Source of the DNA: Setoptus koraiensis
Taxonomy: Eukaryota; Animalia; Arthropoda
Length of the DNA stretch: 64,000 nucleotides
Reading direction: 5' to 3'
Assembly: GCA_048013815.1 (NCBI GenBank)
Contig: CM106586.1
Location: 2,604,001 to 2,668,000, forward strand
Below, piece after piece: positions 38,001-48,827 of the stretch (positions are counted from its first letter, which is position 1; every line of letters begins with the position of its first letter). Position numbers and translations under genes: made by a program. A model generated the notes under the pieces. It saw nothing but the letters and a program-made list of their open reading frames with translations, had not been told where the DNA came from and searched no databases.

Positions 38001-39521
38001 CATCATTCTGATGAGTTGTACACCTCTCCACCGTTAACATGCCCATCAATGTTGGAAAGTCCTGACTGGAAAAGGTTGTCACCATCAACGAGCCGTTCAT
38101 CAGTGAAGTCATCATTGACACATCACCAACAAATTCGATCGAATTTAAATAACAGAAATCTGGATGATGATTTTTCTATGAGAAATCGAAGTCTGTTATG
38201 TTCAACAAATCCTAATAACAATATTGTATCATCAATTATAACTAACTCAGACAAGAGAATTTCCAGGGACCCAATTGTTGTTACTGATGTCATGAGTAAA
38301 TATAGACGATTTCCCCCAGCCAATGAGCATCATCATAGATGGCATAGTTACAGTCATTTAGAGAATAAATCAGATGACGATGAGGGTATCGATCCAGAAT
38401 TGGACGCTTACCGTCCGTCAAGCTACAAGCCTTCGTTCGAGAAGACAACGACATTTGATAATGACAGATCGAATGCTGCTACCACTGGTCATGAAACTAG
38501 AGGCCGGTCAACACTATTAGCTGAACATTCCAGAGCACAATCCGCAAACAAAAGGAGTTCAAGTAACTATTCTGTATCACCTAGTAGGCGAACAAGACGT
38601 AATAGTGATGTTGTTTCGTTTGCTTCAGTGGCGTTCGGGGGTGATAAATCGATGAATGACAAAGAAATAAGTTATGGTGACGGTAACAGCGATGGATTTA
38701 AGCCAATGAAAGGTGAAAATCCCTCTGATGATGTTAGTAAATACACTGATAGTAGACGGCGAAGTTTCAGTTCTAACCCAAGCGATTATGTTGTTAGCAA
38801 TCATCGTGTGTCGTTAAGAGATCGAACATCCTCATTTAGGAATAGATCATCATTCAAAATGAATCACTCGTCTCAATTATTATCTAGATCGAACAGCAAC
38901 AACAAATTCGATAAATATGATGATGAGTCAAATAGAAAACAAGCAAGATCACGATCCAGAATACAATACGATAGGAATAAAGAGAATACTGACAACGACC
39001 CTCACGAGTCAGCATCGACATCGACAACAAACAATCAACAACCATTGTATGAAAAGAAATCGAAATTGTCTGAATTAGAAGAAAGAATTAAGGCAAGAAA
39101 GAAACGAACATTATCGCTACTGAGCTCGTTATCATCGGATAATAAATCTAAAATGACAGCAGATAAGAGCGATAAACAAGGTGGTGGCATGTCGAGCGCC
39201 CCGATAATTAAAAATCAGAACAACACGTTTCTACAGTGTGACAACCCTCCTGGTGATGACACTATGGCCGGTAGTGGTTCATCAGGAACTGAGAAAAGAG
39301 CTCAAACATCAATTTTGCATGATGACGGCGATGACGATGTTAAATTAAACAAACCGAAGAGGGAGAGAAAAATCCATTCATCTTTTGTGCCCTATTTAAG
39401 TAAAGTTAATCCGGACGCTGCAACAGGTAGCGATAGGGATAGCATGGAGGAAAGAATAAAACGCAAAAGCTACTACTGTCGATTGGAAAACAAACAGCCA
39501 GCAGCATCGAATCACGATTGA
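29076..39521 (+). CDS. NUAK: NUAK/ARK5-family AMPK-related Ser/Thr kinase with very long low-complexity C-terminus (3481 aa single ORF)
   Basis: [82 protein letters not shown] and [48 protein letters not shown] are diagnostic for NUAK. Confidence 0.95.
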   Translation: MDTSAYRAARADQQPAAPLIDSSNIMGKSLGFERASSSNTDEANKQNNRGITGNTNRKHRLKQRFNVVRKLGKGTYGKVQLAINKETGQEVAIKTIKKTKIESEQDLIRIRREIQIMSSIEHPHIVHIYEVFENKDKIVLVMQYASGGELYEYVSQCKLLDDNEARRLFRQIATAIYYCHQNKICHRDLKLENILLDERNNAKIADFGLSNVFASRHYLRTFCGSPLYASPEIVNGSPYIGPEVDCWSLGVLLYTLVYGAMPFDGSNFKRLVKQISEASYFEPKQKSMASPLIRKLLTCDPEKRATIIDICLDPWVNGHNLHDMVATQSLHHHSLLKVAEDMANLTPVRFDILVALAPVSPPATTDENDQQQQSDLQQVMQASNNDENIAKIDVDDANRKREVIDPSENMINEDYYANANETNVDDQQSQGQKRINSESMLLDSSDQGGQLLADRIQNLLADNQSGPLSPAASFVVRTSTQADNHQQQSTLGDGPEICMDASSFDANNRNIKRTRISSSCQAVDQMMAMSNENINEQSANNDLKQTNSDDEEDAQSDKTTTNEQQQQKIELSSDVTVEPMIIQQHSPIVLDEIKIVTSETVINLPQSTPEPLVVAQQSQCDGNDDTDYRDAMLLDNERECLQTAKSRTNDKINEIEAGESDQNKQLANELATNQQNSETIHDQTKQQPVGETQVIQIDEKGLKLQVATDADATEIGGQIAKSDEAEQTAPTAVASTGEKKKVKKKIIVKKKKKVANKESDLNTKVNDDATNKQQPEEKTDNANGKNNDNESAIGKQQNETSIDQQNSNVPATTAPKPPKSTSRSSLLLGKSGPGKLKIPESFKSVTKDGDNSTSTTQPPTAGLEQQQSSAQLSTRKNSIPVGFKSIVNVADVTKKIMSQSMPKAQPETPAKVPIDIGATLVKVSHTKAVFERRASQCLSLTNVAACDTQNDAVDPDQTVDAMSDKEQKITTCPSESTDNDKPISNGQNSSAVLEDTTNRNDSRANIVSPTMSDSVSNASEQLADFIINLEKLREAAENENDSIEPVDCKPMTKGVVTLQVTSNNDDDDEDEVVVTLPSPTRSVSPLYKVNTTQVDDDNKDKTMPDESSTDNEFLSIAVKDKRSDSMETLKADIGAIVPMTSVPVAEHTNATMAPAIDNSDMVRVDVDYDVAGHQQLQKYQAVEEPEKRVRSTFQIKLVPSTSKSSSANNTNQSSPNLLCNQQSSMDSLSGSQLSASGSQKKALAPIARSYKKVTFTRDGACITETGKIYSSEANDGTFTRVERKSKITHYPESPLSSSNDLNTRLSGGCNAKSSLDNGKQQQPFPTHSRSAGTKEPHIIPLSFEETNKPMMQQTIQNRNNDLIRSGSESSCSSGSTDAFDDIFDKWTGGDQFFNRNFMKMKNMFKLPPISFNHHSPFAAMPPSPFHHPKDNSNTIDPFQQQSSIFDDDAPGRDSHSNLESLFSSLRMPTINTGSKLFNNMMNSGDRGSSFFDDDHNLDDAFDHHFDHHNVFNNTLGRRHSRRTRDAGSSWKGSTPSLFSSQTPRHQDHDTVRPSSVQQQSSTQGIWRFIKPGLDHDQLDREFRTQQRQQQQYNQSSDNARDQFNAASPEPMRGPFSRIMSRMYSDMGSTTRRRQPQQQPQQHHANNQIKSELFINIKQPTNNKNVNLRAGAQSADLENSVYCRPTATGADGSVTSAADPLRASGFNFKPSLQQHRRYDNSNSEIPQQQCQSIPLDRVPTRRNTVGQKPPSGRTGQINNLPLQQSSSRASLTNRMSSISLGIKRTSSTGSDNGGIQSATSKQLFSESERMESDKNGALLRQRMQSIQSSGQQTNSNDTTEWQQHQQQRQQVKYSASGDNQSFCQQKQQQRQQYFFKVSTKDGHKQRDFNDDDDDLSQAHSWQPSDSRDPAAIPLNEESSTKRVEHWLRNSMNNIGGQQLPQYPDNADYYTNQGTSLQGEDTPGTFYYNNSRTPSRPSANRGYMSATTDDDYSRNNPLHMYATLGRDPSKKAKLRQQQQQARLSSHETQLSTGGGNLDEQQQQHREQLLMSQSRASSFSQRLSQKTASNETEEQGQAYRLEQSSSSKRMLSTNHEMQQTLKSSSSNNQIFRVASSRSSQINQQQQIISSVLPPSGMLSLMQQRSNSTLANSGSFVSQSSKSISGRQLTVSSEQAMIKQNNEILQRQQHEQHRSKLVNYVDEDTDGTSFSSQSATITLKQTSSSSSSKMRQQLLEEIDGEELEKEEKFFDQQHQSTMFMSNNNNRSSSSIRQVTLSAPIDGQTFKWSTSTPTVSATSSTSAAGQIPDNNLDNFNDDDKEPVSLLEQLRARGYRSIVNQRLSRKEGESSFVSSSAVESSASIASSSMISVNANQLSNEQQQQQFQMITTTEQYQQQKQQRQLSAIADLMVDPTKISVSLQQSTSNEQHEQQKSVETRDNCSSALGLPNHIDKQSSLLDTANATEAKSLDNMNDDNNIGNVVLGRTHQLNDYNEHIPQPAAYHFTALHNQTTHNYKKLDNFSEMASNSLQISRNISNKEQQDAGECDSIVMKFSRGSAIKRIATNKNLNEMLLMMNCLERKSGDRDDKKDFQKPLNGHGNSMMDKENEMTEDEQSSDQISIVKNRAPNKRSSSSSSCSQSTLRASPVPSNPISVATINGNDNYLNVVNNELHGGNCLNDYGENVLTNNGHLLKIESTNSGDGSSLAASDCLDDKLDRSLMSVNNNNNHNSCNCNKQKHYYNCCMPQSSEIATNHHESHKKYNDNTMTIDKQNNQIIDINGDQSSTLLPLYPIYSHSYFNNHSDNNPVNSINNNNDNTDTNNDNSMNLNSLDGGGSKQLDHLSNTEPNLINQHLTTSIMNDENNDILIDDGKEIQAAAARNDHLIDDRSFSPMLSRTYLDSQLKQMKETQQFLETLKQQERLNLQQRQANYFETLNSLETLPGGRLAGDTTINSSLFNNTVKSTTSNDIIYPNGPRLKLQSHHSDELYTSPPLTCPSMLESPDWKRLSPSTSRSSVKSSLTHHQQIRSNLNNRNLDDDFSMRNRSLLCSTNPNNNIVSSIITNSDKRISRDPIVVTDVMSKYRRFPPANEHHHRWHSYSHLENKSDDDEGIDPELDAYRPSSYKPSFEKTTTFDNDRSNAATTGHETRGRSTLLAEHSRAQSANKRSSSNYSVSPSRRTRRNSDVVSFASVAFGGDKSMNDKEISYGDGNSDGFKPMKGENPSDDVSKYTDSRRRSFSSNPSDYVVSNHRVSLRDRTSSFRNRSSFKMNHSSQLLSRSNSNNKFDKYDDESNRKQARSRSRIQYDRNKENTDNDPHESASTSTTNNQQPLYEKKSKLSELEERIKARKKRTLSLLSSLSSDNKSKMTADKSDKQGGGMSSAPIIKNQNNTFLQCDNPPGDDTMAGSGSSGTEKRAQTSILHDDGDDDVKLNKPKRERKIHSSFVPYLSKVNPDAATGSDRDSMEERIKRKSYYCRLENKQPAASNHD

Positions 39522-40569
39522 ATAACTAGAAAACATGAAGCTGATGAAAGATAAAATGCATCAGCCAATTTCCACGGTGATTTGACCCGAGCAGATTGGT
39601 AATATTACAACTAACAATTGTACAAGGAAAGCACGTCAATGATACAATGATATTGATCAGAGCATTGCTATAATCACTACATGAGATGATGGAAACATTG
39701 CTGAAACATTGAAACATGGACACATTAACAAAGTCCAACGATACAACGAATACAAAAGAGAGAAACTTATTCTTTTATAATTAAACAACATTAAAGATGA
39801 TCTATCAAACAATCATTGTGCATTGTCGTTTCTGTCTTCATATTTGTAGGAAAATACTTGAGTGTGTTAGGTGGCACACTGAAGTATGTGAGGATTGCAT
39901 CGTTGATTTCTCGACTGACATTTCCTTTTTCGAAACAACCGAAAAGGAAGCGAGATGTCTCAATCGTCTGGCAACTCGATTTCAGACAATAACTAAATAA
40001 AAAAAAAAATGCACCAAATAAATTAATTCAGAGTGAGAGCGGGACCCTCTCCCCCAATCGGCGATCACTATCCAATCAAAAATACCGCCAAACTCACTCC
40101 AGTTCGTGATATGCCGCACGTTACGCATCCATTTTTAACACATGATAGAGAACTGAAAAATCTTGTAATTGCACATTTCGTTCTAGTGTGCAATCAAGCT
40201 CGGCATTGCAGGCGTAATACAACGAATCGTCTACCTGCGTAAGATAATTCATCATTTCGGCATCACTCAGTCTCGTGATCAAATGATTGCAACCGGTGCT
40301 ATGCTCAGGAGGATCTTACCTCAGACAACTCAAAAAGTTTTCATCTACGCAACCTCAGCCGATGGATGAAAATTTTAGCCAAACTATTATATTTATTTAT
40401 TTTTACGATGATATTTATTTAGAGATAATGGATTAGCCGCACAACTTATGAGGCTTTTTTTCGCTCATTACTCATCTAATCACGGAAAAAAATTGTTGTA
40501 ATACTTGCGACAACAACCAAAGTATTGTAGTATTTTCAATATCGATCTAACACTTTTTATACTGTACAC

Positions 40570-42825
40570 ATGCGTCTTCGGTCTGCCATCAAGGCATCAG
40601 AGGAGGCTACCGCTCGTCATCTCACTTACAATGGTGAATATTTTAAATATCTCGGTTTGCAGCCATCACAATCGAAATCTGAAGAATTACACACACAACA
40701 TTCGTCGTCAGACAAATCAGACTGCCAGAGACAGGATCAGACGACAGACCATTCGCTCGGAGGAGATGTGCAAAATGAAGATGGACAGAAAGATTACAGT
40801 CAAACTAATAATCGCGAACCGGGGCCCACTGAGGAGCCCACAACAGTATCGTCATCCACATCATGTATCAAATCAGGAAATGCTCCTGAGGATGACCATC
40901 ACTCCTCGAACCGAATGTTCGATTCGGAATCGGATGAAATAGACGAAAATGATTTAGAACATACGATACAACAATTCATTCAGTCTGATAGCGTTGAAAT
41001 GGAGTCGGAGGGTGTTGAAATGGAGTCGGATTGTGATATATTTGAGTCGGATGGTTCAGGGGATGACCTTCTTGTTGAGATTCTCGAAAAGCGGCAAGAC
41101 AGCCAATCAATAAGAATTACAGAACATGACCCTCCACCCAATCATGAGGAAGTGATAGGAATCGACACCAGTGACGATGAAAGTGATATAAGTGATGATG
41201 AACCAGACTTACAGTTAGAGGGGGAGGAATACGAACCAAAGTCTTGCAATCGTCACAATATTCGAAGTGAATCGGAATCATCTTACTGCTCTCTGAACAA
41301 AAGCGATCATGAGGTGGATAATCATATGCAAGATGATAAAATGTTATCTCTGACTCACCATGAAAATAAAAATGGCACTAGTGAAGACCAAATAGAGTGT
41401 AATTCAAATGAACTCCCCTCCGAGAAATCTTTATCTGATTTAGAAACTACACCACACAGTCAAATGGGTGAGGATGATGAAGAAATGGAAGAGTGTGAAG
41501 AAAAACAAGATGAATTTCAAAATTGCATTGAGCCAGATATCTACATTTTCTCGAGCCAAAGATCAGAGCGCGTGCAAAAATCTCAATTAGTAGATATAGA
41601 AACTATTGAAACAGAAAAATGTACGACCGATAATGAGATGGTCCAGATTGAAGTCAAGCCGGATATAAAATTGCTAAAAGCTCACGACAAGAGCGAGGGC
41701 GAAAGGTCAGATAAAATTTTTGATGTGACTGATGCACCATTACGAAATTCAAAACGAAAGAGAACTGAAAACAGCCAGTTACTAGACCTGTTATCCGTCA
41801 TCCCAACAGATCACGACATATCACCTCGTACAAAGAAAAAATATAGAGTAGACAACGAATTTGAAGACTCACCTTCTGAGGATGATAATTGCACAAATTC
41901 AGATAACAACTTGAGCACACATAACACACTTAACACATTTGATGATTCCAAGTGTGAAGCATCGGGAAAATGGAAAGTTAACGATGTGCTGATTCTCTTG
42001 GATAGAATTGGAACATACTTCGACAAACCACCAATGGAATCATTTGTCACCACATTGAAGAAGATTGATTGGAATGTAGTCAAGTTTGATTCTTATACCT
42101 CGGAGGATTGTGAGGATTTGGGCAATCGATTGATTTTGAAGCAAAGGAGATTCAGATTACTGAACGAGGTTACTCAAGACCTCAGGAGATATATAGGTAT
42201 GACAGGTCATCTAGATTTGATGTCGCAAAGGAGCTACCGCGACAGCAATAACAAGCGTTCGACAGGACGACAGGTCAATTTACCAAAGAAACCAAGATCT
42301 GCCGTATCTAGATACGTTGAACACAAGACCAGATACAAACAGTGCGACGATCTAAGAGAAGCCAAGAAAGTGTATAGAAAAAAATTTGAGACATTGCCCA
42401 TCCACAGGAAAAAAAAATATTTGGATGAGTACGAAAAAGATATGAAAAACTATCTAAAAAAGTGCAAAGACTGTGCCGAGAATGTTAAACCTACGGCCAA
42501 TCAGCCTGAAGTGATATTATTGGGTGAGGACCCTGAACCCCCTCTACCACCTCAAACTCCTAAAAAGCTCTACGTAGCAAGAAAAATTGAAAAGTATGAA
42601 ACGAGGGATTCAAGCACAAAAAAGTTGCTCAAACATGAATACACTGCCTTATCAGATAAGAAAAAATTTCGCTGGATAAGAAAAGCCATACAAGATCGTG
42701 AACGATATGAAAAAGAGTTCATGGAATATAAGAAGAAATATCCTAATTATGAAATCACACAATTGTTACCAAAACCACTTACTCCAGAGGAAACCGCAAT
42801 TTTTCAACAATATTCAGACAAATGA
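40570..42825 (+). CDS. UBTF: UBF (nucleolar transcription factor 1)-like HMG-box protein: acidic N-terminus, dimerisation domain, two HMG boxes (751 aa)
   Basis: WKVNDVLILLDRI...FVTTLKKIDWNVVKFDSYTSEDCE...RRFRLLNEV resembles UBF WSQEDMLTLLECM...[23 protein letters not shown]...RKFRTLTEL. PQTPKKLYV...LSDKKKFRWIRKAIQDRERYE resembles UBF PKTPQQLW...LSDKKRLKWIHKALEQRKEYE. Confidence 0.8.
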   Translation: MRLRSAIKASEEATARHLTYNGEYFKYLGLQPSQSKSEELHTQHSSSDKSDCQRQDQTTDHSLGGDVQNEDGQKDYSQTNNREPGPTEEPTTVSSSTSCIKSGNAPEDDHHSSNRMFDSESDEIDENDLEHTIQQFIQSDSVEMESEGVEMESDCDIFESDGSGDDLLVEILEKRQDSQSIRITEHDPPPNHEEVIGIDTSDDESDISDDEPDLQLEGEEYEPKSCNRHNIRSESESSYCSLNKSDHEVDNHMQDDKMLSLTHHENKNGTSEDQIECNSNELPSEKSLSDLETTPHSQMGEDDEEMEECEEKQDEFQNCIEPDIYIFSSQRSERVQKSQLVDIETIETEKCTTDNEMVQIEVKPDIKLLKAHDKSEGERSDKIFDVTDAPLRNSKRKRTENSQLLDLLSVIPTDHDISPRTKKKYRVDNEFEDSPSEDDNCTNSDNNLSTHNTLNTFDDSKCEASGKWKVNDVLILLDRIGTYFDKPPMESFVTTLKKIDWNVVKFDSYTSEDCEDLGNRLILKQRRFRLLNEVTQDLRRYIGMTGHLDLMSQRSYRDSNNKRSTGRQVNLPKKPRSAVSRYVEHKTRYKQCDDLREAKKVYRKKFETLPIHRKKKYLDEYEKDMKNYLKKCKDCAENVKPTANQPEVILLGEDPEPPLPPQTPKKLYVARKIEKYETRDSSTKKLLKHEYTALSDKKKFRWIRKAIQDRERYEKEFMEYKKKYPNYEITQLLPKPLTPEETAIFQQYSDK

Positions 42826-42885
42826 GTTTGAACCAAAAATCCCCAGAATAAAAGCTTATTCTTTTTACTGTATTGTGCCATTCGA

Positions 42886-43524
42886 TTATCTCTTTATTGG
42901 ATGGAAAATGTTACATCGCTCCAGAAACTTATCTGCAGTTATTCGACGTAAATGGGCCAATTTTCGCTTCTTCAAAAACATGTCTAGGAAGGTTTCATAT
43001 GAGCCCAGATCACCACGGAGAAACGACTTCGCTACATTCTCACTGCGATCTTCTGCTTCAGCCGCTGAAGCTAGCAAGACAGCATCGATACTATCCTCTG
43101 TAGCGAATTTTCGAGGCATAATTTCAGTCGATATTATGGATTCTCGTTCCTGAATGGATTGTCTGATCTCCATGCATTCGTCGACAAGTTTTCCTAGCTG
43201 AGCTCTGGCTTGTTCAATCTCTGGTTCTCTATTTAGATTGTTCTCGGATTGCATTCTCACTGTTTCTAACAGAATACTTCGCTCTCTTTCGGATTCTCGC
43301 ACCTGGTCAAATCATAACAGTTGATGTATGAATGAATGAGTAAGGGCTAGGCGTGCTTGATCCCACAGTCAACTGAAAATCAAATCAGAACTCACCTGAG
43401 GTAGATCGTCGACGAACTCTATTAAGTCCTGATCAGTACTTGAGGACCAACAAATTTGTTGTAACTGACTTGTTGATAGTGTTTTGAATCGTTGCATGGC
43501 TCGCTCAAATTCATTGCTATCCAT
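42886..43524 (-). CDS. VPS37: VPS37 (ESCRT-I, Mod(r) domain); exons 43524-43396 and 43302-42886
   Basis: AAEAEDRSENVAKSFLRGDL...FLDMFLKKRKLAHLRRITADK is the Mod(r) motif. Exon 1 MDSNEFERAMQRFKTLSTSQLQQ...DDLPQ|gtgagt, a 93-bp intron and the gaccag acceptor give an in-frame join. Confidence 0.88.
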
Positions 43525-43825
43525 CGTGGATATTGTGATAATAACTAATACTCAAGTTTAATATAAAGTAGTCCGTCCACTCTGCTTGTATATATAGTCA
43601 AGTCTATATAGACAAACAAACAAAGACTGTTTCTGGAACGTAGTATTTCTGGGCCAGAAATTCTGGCGCAAAAATGAACGCACGTGTTTGACGCGTGCTT
43701 TTCAGGCAATAGAAAACAAATACAAAAATAACATACGAGCGAAATTTAAAATTTCTCGGCCTTTATTTTTCAAGGTCACATGTCGCATGTGGTTTATATC
43801 TATTTATAGAGCTTTTATACAAAAA

Positions 43826-46800
43826 TCATGGTAGTTTTCGTTGAGAGCTAGTCCCATGAGCCTCTGCTTCCGCTTTGAACAATTTCAACTTTTCTTGGAA
43901 GTTTAGCTTCTCAGGTTGAATATTTTTCTTTTCGAGCTCTTTCTCTTGGACTATTTTTAGCCTAGGATCGTTGTAAAACTCTTGTTTACCTATCACACCG
44001 GGTCCGTCGCTAGTATTCCAATCCGTATTAGAGTCAGGGTTGAAATCTAGTGCTTCATCAATATCTGACAATTCAAATTTTCTTATTACGGTGTCATCCG
44101 ATTGATCACTTGTGTCTGCCACTGATGCCGGTGAGGAAGGAATAGTGTAAAGAGTGTGCAAAGAAGGTGAATCCTTTGCAGTTTGGGGCTGACTATCGAC
44201 CCAAGACACTTTTTTGGGAGACTTTAGTGGTGATAAGACAACATCTTGTGGCTCTCTCTTGTGGACTGCCATTAGTATACTCATCTCCGCTTGACTGGCA
44301 TTTGCAAGTTCTTGTTGCACTCTTTCTTTATCTCTTTCTAGTTGCCGAAGTCGTTCTTCATTTATCTTAACTTTTTGTAGTTCGTTACTGAGATAGTTTT
44401 CAGATAATTGAGGAGCTGATGTGTTATACTGCGATTGAATAGACTGAATTGGCTGCATGGATTGAATCGGTTGCATGGATTGAATTGGTTGCAATGGTTG
44501 AATAGGCTGAATTTGTTGCACTGGTTGCATAGGCTGGATGGGTTGCATGGGTTGCATAGGCTGCATTGATTGCATTTGATGCATGGGTTGCAGCGGTTGT
44601 ATTGATGGCATTGGTTGCATTAGTTGTGCTTGTTGAACTGTCGGAGCATCAACTATGTCTGTAATACCGTAATACTCCGCTGCTTGTTTCATAACGAGTA
44701 AGGTTACAACTTCTTTTGTTCTTGTAATTATTCTGGCGGCATCGTCTTGAGGCATCCCAACCAACGAATGACCATCGACCTCTAGTAACTGATCACCAGC
44801 TTCTAAACGGCCATCCTTAGCTGCCGCTCCATTTTTTACGACATTCTTGATGAATATGCCCAGGGTATCTAGTTTGCTACCTTTTGCGGCTATTATACTT
44901 AGTCCCATAGAATTGTTTATCTTTGTCAACTGTAGAACAACGATTCTAGGCTGTAAACTAAAGTATACGGACCAATAACCGGAGGAAGTCGGCTGAACAG
45001 TGAATATACAAAGCTCCTTGTCATGGACACGCATTTTGGATAGATAACTGACAAAATCCAACAAACCTTCGGGAATGTTTCTGATAAATTTTGATGAATA
45101 GTCATCTTCGGGTATTAGGAATGGCACGTTTAATTCCAAATCTTCTTCAAGTTTCATGTCATTTCGGTCCTGATTGGCAAGAAATAAAAGATTTTCCACG
45201 GCATCTTTCGTCAAAGGTACTTCTCCAGGTGTTGGTCTGTAGCGGATCAGGAGATTTTTCAATTGAATAGGGTTCAATTGAAAGCAGGCCTCGCAAGCTT
45301 CTTTGAGTTCTTGTGGAGTTGTCTTGGGTGCTGCTAAAAACTTGGTTAGTTGCTTGACCTTACTTAGGTGCCGCTCGGAAACCAGCTCGAGTCCTTGATT
45401 ATGAGCCCATGCTCCAATCATATCTAATTTATTGATTAATTTTATACCTGATAACCTATTGCAGAACAGTGAGAAGTTACTGATGTCATGATATCGATCA
45501 TATACACCAATGAGCCGGTCAAACAACCATTTGTTAATGTAATGGAATATATGAGCGAATACCTGAATGGTCAAATTAGCATTAACGCGAAATCCTCTCA
45601 TCTGTACTATTGTTTCATTGAGTAAGTTTAAAATTTTTGAAGGCACAGTAGATTCCATATGGTCGATCACTTCGAGATCATCAAACAAGGAATCTAAAGC
45701 TGCGTGAAATTCTTGATGCTTGCATATCAATAAATTCCTGAATGCTATTTTGACACTTTCTGTTAGTATATCTTGGGCTTCTAGTGTGAAACGGGACAAA
45801 TGCTTATCCTGTCTATAGAAATGACAGAGATCGGAGGCATTTGCCAACCAAAAAGCTGAGTGCAGAGTGTCTCTCCGGAATTCAACTGTATCCTGAATCA
45901 AACTGGCTATTTTGGTTGTGAATGGTTCAAAAAGTTCGGCCCTTCTAGGGGCATCTAGCTCTGGATGAAATAGAGTGGATGCTCTATATCTTGATACCAT
46001 ATATAAGACATAAGTCGGCGTCAATTTGAAGCTTATGTCGGGTCTAATATATGTTATAACTTGACTAAGAAAGAAGTCTTCCATGTCCTCTTTCACTTGA
46101 ATCAGAGCAGGTAATATCTGCTCGTTAGAACTAGGCACCGGTTTACGCCATTGCATTTGCTGCCCCTGAATATTATGTTGTGATGGCAGCCGCTGTGCTT
46201 GTTGTTGCATATGCTGAGTATGCAGTGGAGGCTGAATGTTGTTACTATTATTGTTGTTGTTGACATTGTTATTATTATTATTATTGTTGATATTACTGCT
46301 ACTACTATTATTGTTGTTACCATTGTGATTGTTCATTTGTTTCCTTTCAACTAGCTGTTGTACAACTAAATTATGAAAATGGTTCTGCTTCACAACAACA
46401 GGTTTCTTTTTCTTTTTGCGAGGTTGATAATTTTGTGGCTTGTGTCTGATATGGAATGTGAGGACACCCTGTGATTTTTCGTGTCTCTGATTAATAAGCA
46501 ATGGACAATCATCCTCATCTAATATATATTCTTTCAGGGATGCAGATGTGTTTAAATCTTGAACAGAATTGTTATCTGTCACTGCTGTAGATGTTGGAAC
46601 TATTAATTGTACTAGACAATAATTTGAGGGATCCTCATCTTCTTTGCCATACTTTTCAAGTATTTGTTTAACAACATGAGCAGCGGTGTCACTGTTGGAA
46701 AGCAAGAGAGTCTTGTAGGAGACATCTTTGTTAATTGTTTCACCAAATATTCTCAATGTTCCTCCGGCCTCTTGACCACCTTCCATAGAAAACTCCTGCA

Positions 46801-47416
46801 AGCGCCTCTCAAGTTTTTGAGCTCTTCGTCTTTTCATAACGGCTTCAGGATTAGATATAGACCTGGTGAAACTCGTCTCAGGAAGTTCGTTATATAACTT
46901 TTCAGCAATTCCATTTTTGGCTGCTTTCTTAGCTTTGGCCGCTTCCTCTTTTTTCGCCTGTTGTTCTTGTTTCTTTTTTTCCTTTTTGGCCTTTTTATTC
47001 TTAAGACTAGGCTGTTCATTTTGTGGACCTAGCTCAAGTGTTTTCTCGTCCATTCTACGTAACAAAAATCTGCCCTCTTTTTCGTCTCTATTCCAATCTA
47101 ATTGAGCATAAATGGGTCTCTCGTTAGGTGACAACATTCGTTCGTCTCCATTCTCGTGTATTTCATATAAACCATATTGTGGCGCTGATAACATTCTCAT
47201 ATCAGGTCTAAATTTTTCAATTAGAATATTAATAACATCGTTGGTAGTATCAGTGCTTTTAACTGTGACACACTTAGTAGCAACCTTTTGGCCGGAATCT
47301 TGAAAATAGAATCGCATAGCTCCTTGGAAATTAAGCGATTTGTCAGGCGTGCTAATACGAAGAATAGGTATTCTATTCTCGTTCCAATGTTCAATCATTC
47401 TTAAAATGTTGTCCAT
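43826..47416 (-). CDS. AFDN: Afadin/canoe (RA-RA-DIL-PDZ), 1196 aa, intronless CDS
   Basis: HWNENRI...FQGAMRFYFQDSGQKVATKC, TSFTRSISNPEAVMKRRR, GGTLRIFGETIN..SYKTLLLS; PDZ MGLSIIAAKG...GIFIKNVVKNGAAAKDGRLEAGDQLLEVDG; C-terminal PGVIGKQEFYNDPR and PEKLNFQEKLKLF. Confidence 0.95.
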   Translation of the reverse strand: MDNILRMIEHWNENRIPILRISTPDKSLNFQGAMRFYFQDSGQKVATKCVTVKSTDTTNDVINILIEKFRPDMRMLSAPQYGLYEIHENGDERMLSPNERPIYAQLDWNRDEKEGRFLLRRMDEKTLELGPQNEQPSLKNKKAKKEKKKQEQQAKKEEAAKAKKAAKNGIAEKLYNELPETSFTRSISNPEAVMKRRRAQKLERRLQEFSMEGGQEAGGTLRIFGETINKDVSYKTLLLSNSDTAAHVVKQILEKYGKEDEDPSNYCLVQLIVPTSTAVTDNNSVQDLNTSASLKEYILDEDDCPLLINQRHEKSQGVLTFHIRHKPQNYQPRKKKKKPVVVKQNHFHNLVVQQLVERKQMNNHNGNNNNSSSSNINNNNNNNNVNNNNNSNNIQPPLHTQHMQQQAQRLPSQHNIQGQQMQWRKPVPSSNEQILPALIQVKEDMEDFFLSQVITYIRPDISFKLTPTYVLYMVSRYRASTLFHPELDAPRRAELFEPFTTKIASLIQDTVEFRRDTLHSAFWLANASDLCHFYRQDKHLSRFTLEAQDILTESVKIAFRNLLICKHQEFHAALDSLFDDLEVIDHMESTVPSKILNLLNETIVQMRGFRVNANLTIQVFAHIFHYINKWLFDRLIGVYDRYHDISNFSLFCNRLSGIKLINKLDMIGAWAHNQGLELVSERHLSKVKQLTKFLAAPKTTPQELKEACEACFQLNPIQLKNLLIRYRPTPGEVPLTKDAVENLLFLANQDRNDMKLEEDLELNVPFLIPEDDYSSKFIRNIPEGLLDFVSYLSKMRVHDKELCIFTVQPTSSGYWSVYFSLQPRIVVLQLTKINNSMGLSIIAAKGSKLDTLGIFIKNVVKNGAAAKDGRLEAGDQLLEVDGHSLVGMPQDDAARIITRTKEVVTLLVMKQAAEYYGITDIVDAPTVQQAQLMQPMPSIQPLQPMHQMQSMQPMQPMQPIQPMQPVQQIQPIQPLQPIQSMQPIQSMQPIQSIQSQYNTSAPQLSENYLSNELQKVKINEERLRQLERDKERVQQELANASQAEMSILMAVHKREPQDVVLSPLKSPKKVSWVDSQPQTAKDSPSLHTLYTIPSSPASVADTSDQSDDTVIRKFELSDIDEALDFNPDSNTDWNTSDGPGVIGKQEFYNDPRLKIVQEKELEKKNIQPEKLNFQEKLKLFKAEAEAHGTSSQRKLP
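44437..44620 (-). repeat. Degenerate 9-nt coding tandem repeat (Q-P/S-M/I/L tripeptides) in afadin, after the PDZ
   Basis: MQPMPSIQPLQPMHQMQSMQPMQPMQPIQPMQPVQQIQPIQPLQPIQSMQPIQSMQPIQSIQ. Confidence 0.9.
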
Positions 47417-47973
47417 TTTTAATCAATGATCGGTGGTGATCAATGGTGCTGGTGGAACCTGTTGAGTTATTGCAACTATGTTAATGTTGATGTCGTTAGT
47501 TAAGTAAGCGATAATAGTAATAATAACATTGGAGATATAAAAAAGGGTAAGCTATTGCTCACTTTGGCCCTTGTTAATTGAGTGAGTAAGAGTGATGGCA
47601 ATTGTTGATGAATGACAATGATAACAATAATATATTAGTGATATATTAATAATAGTAGTAATTATAGTAACGATGATATCAATGACGAATAGCAGTAGTA
47701 GCAGCAGCAGCTATACAATAGTAATTATAATGGTATTGATCTGATAATGGTCGTGATGGTGACAGTAATGGCATCAATAATAATAATAATAACAGGAAAA
47801 ATACTTATAATAATAATAATATTGACGGTGATGAAATGGTAATAGTAATAATAATAATGATGTCGATAATATATAGCAGTAATAATGGTGAAAAATAATA
47901 AGGCCACAAGTGATTGTGTCAGCAAACAGGGCTCATTAATCTGCAATGGCAATATCGGCGTCGTTGGAGAAGG

Positions 47974-47991
47974 CACACACACACACACACA
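47974..47991. repeat. (CA)9 microsatellite
   Basis: Directly visible. Confidence 0.85.
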
Positions 47992-48358
47992 GACTATGAT
48001 ATTGATTCGATTTTAAATATAGGCAACCAGTAGAAAAATACAATATAATCAGCCAATGGTTTGCAGGCTGCACCACTAGCACTATGGTACACAGCGCTAG
48101 CACAGTGCCAGTGTAGTATAGGGCAGAGTAAATGAGTAATCTGCTAGCAACTGGCGCTGGTGTCGCTTGTGATGCGGCAAAGAGCAGCTCAAATTCAACA
48201 GAGGAAGAAGCGAGAGATAGCCACACACAGCTTACAAATGCAATTCAATACAGGCTCTTAGCTGCCTCAGTAGCCTGTTGCAACTATAAGCAACAGTGGC
48301 GCTTCCTATGGTCACAGTCGTACAGAATGTCGAGTCGACTGGCCCGGTCCAACTGGGA

Positions 48359-48375
48359 GTGTGTGTGTGTGTGTG
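48359..48375. repeat. (GT)8 microsatellite
   Basis: Directly visible. Confidence 0.85.
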
Positions 48376-48600
48376 CGCCACCGATCAACAGACAACTCCC
48401 CTGTTTTTTCGATCGTTTACTCATTCATTCGTTAGTTGGTTCGTTCTCATTAGCTCGCTCTTTTATAACATGGTGAGTGTTCTCTGAATCATGGTGAATC
48501 TATCATGGCACACACACACTCACAATCTCTCTGCCCTGCGTATAAGGCACACTCACAAGCGATCGCAGGAATTTCGTTCCTTCCAAACATTTCTGTTTGC

Positions 48601-48601
<1 letters not shown>

Positions 48602-48641
<40 letters not shown>
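48602..48641. repeat. (TG)20 microsatellite in the afadin/RCC1L divergent intergenic region
   Basis: Directly visible. Confidence 0.95.
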
Positions 48642-48643
<2 letters not shown>

Positions 48644-48827
48644 TGTGAGTGTCCGAGAAACTCTTATAAACTTCCATCATGCCAACGAACTGTTGTTGCT
48701 GCAATCCTGGCCACGGTGACCACTGTACTCGTTTGACCTCCTATAGAGGGCAGTGCACACGTCTTTGATAATATCGTATCATCAATGATCGATATGACTT
48801 GTTGTTATACATTATTATTGCTCAAAC

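Noticed and set aside
43755-43775. ttctcggccttt resembling the U2 snRNA 5' end
   Set aside because: Only ~12 nt match; the rest of U2 (branch-pairing region, Sm site) is absent.
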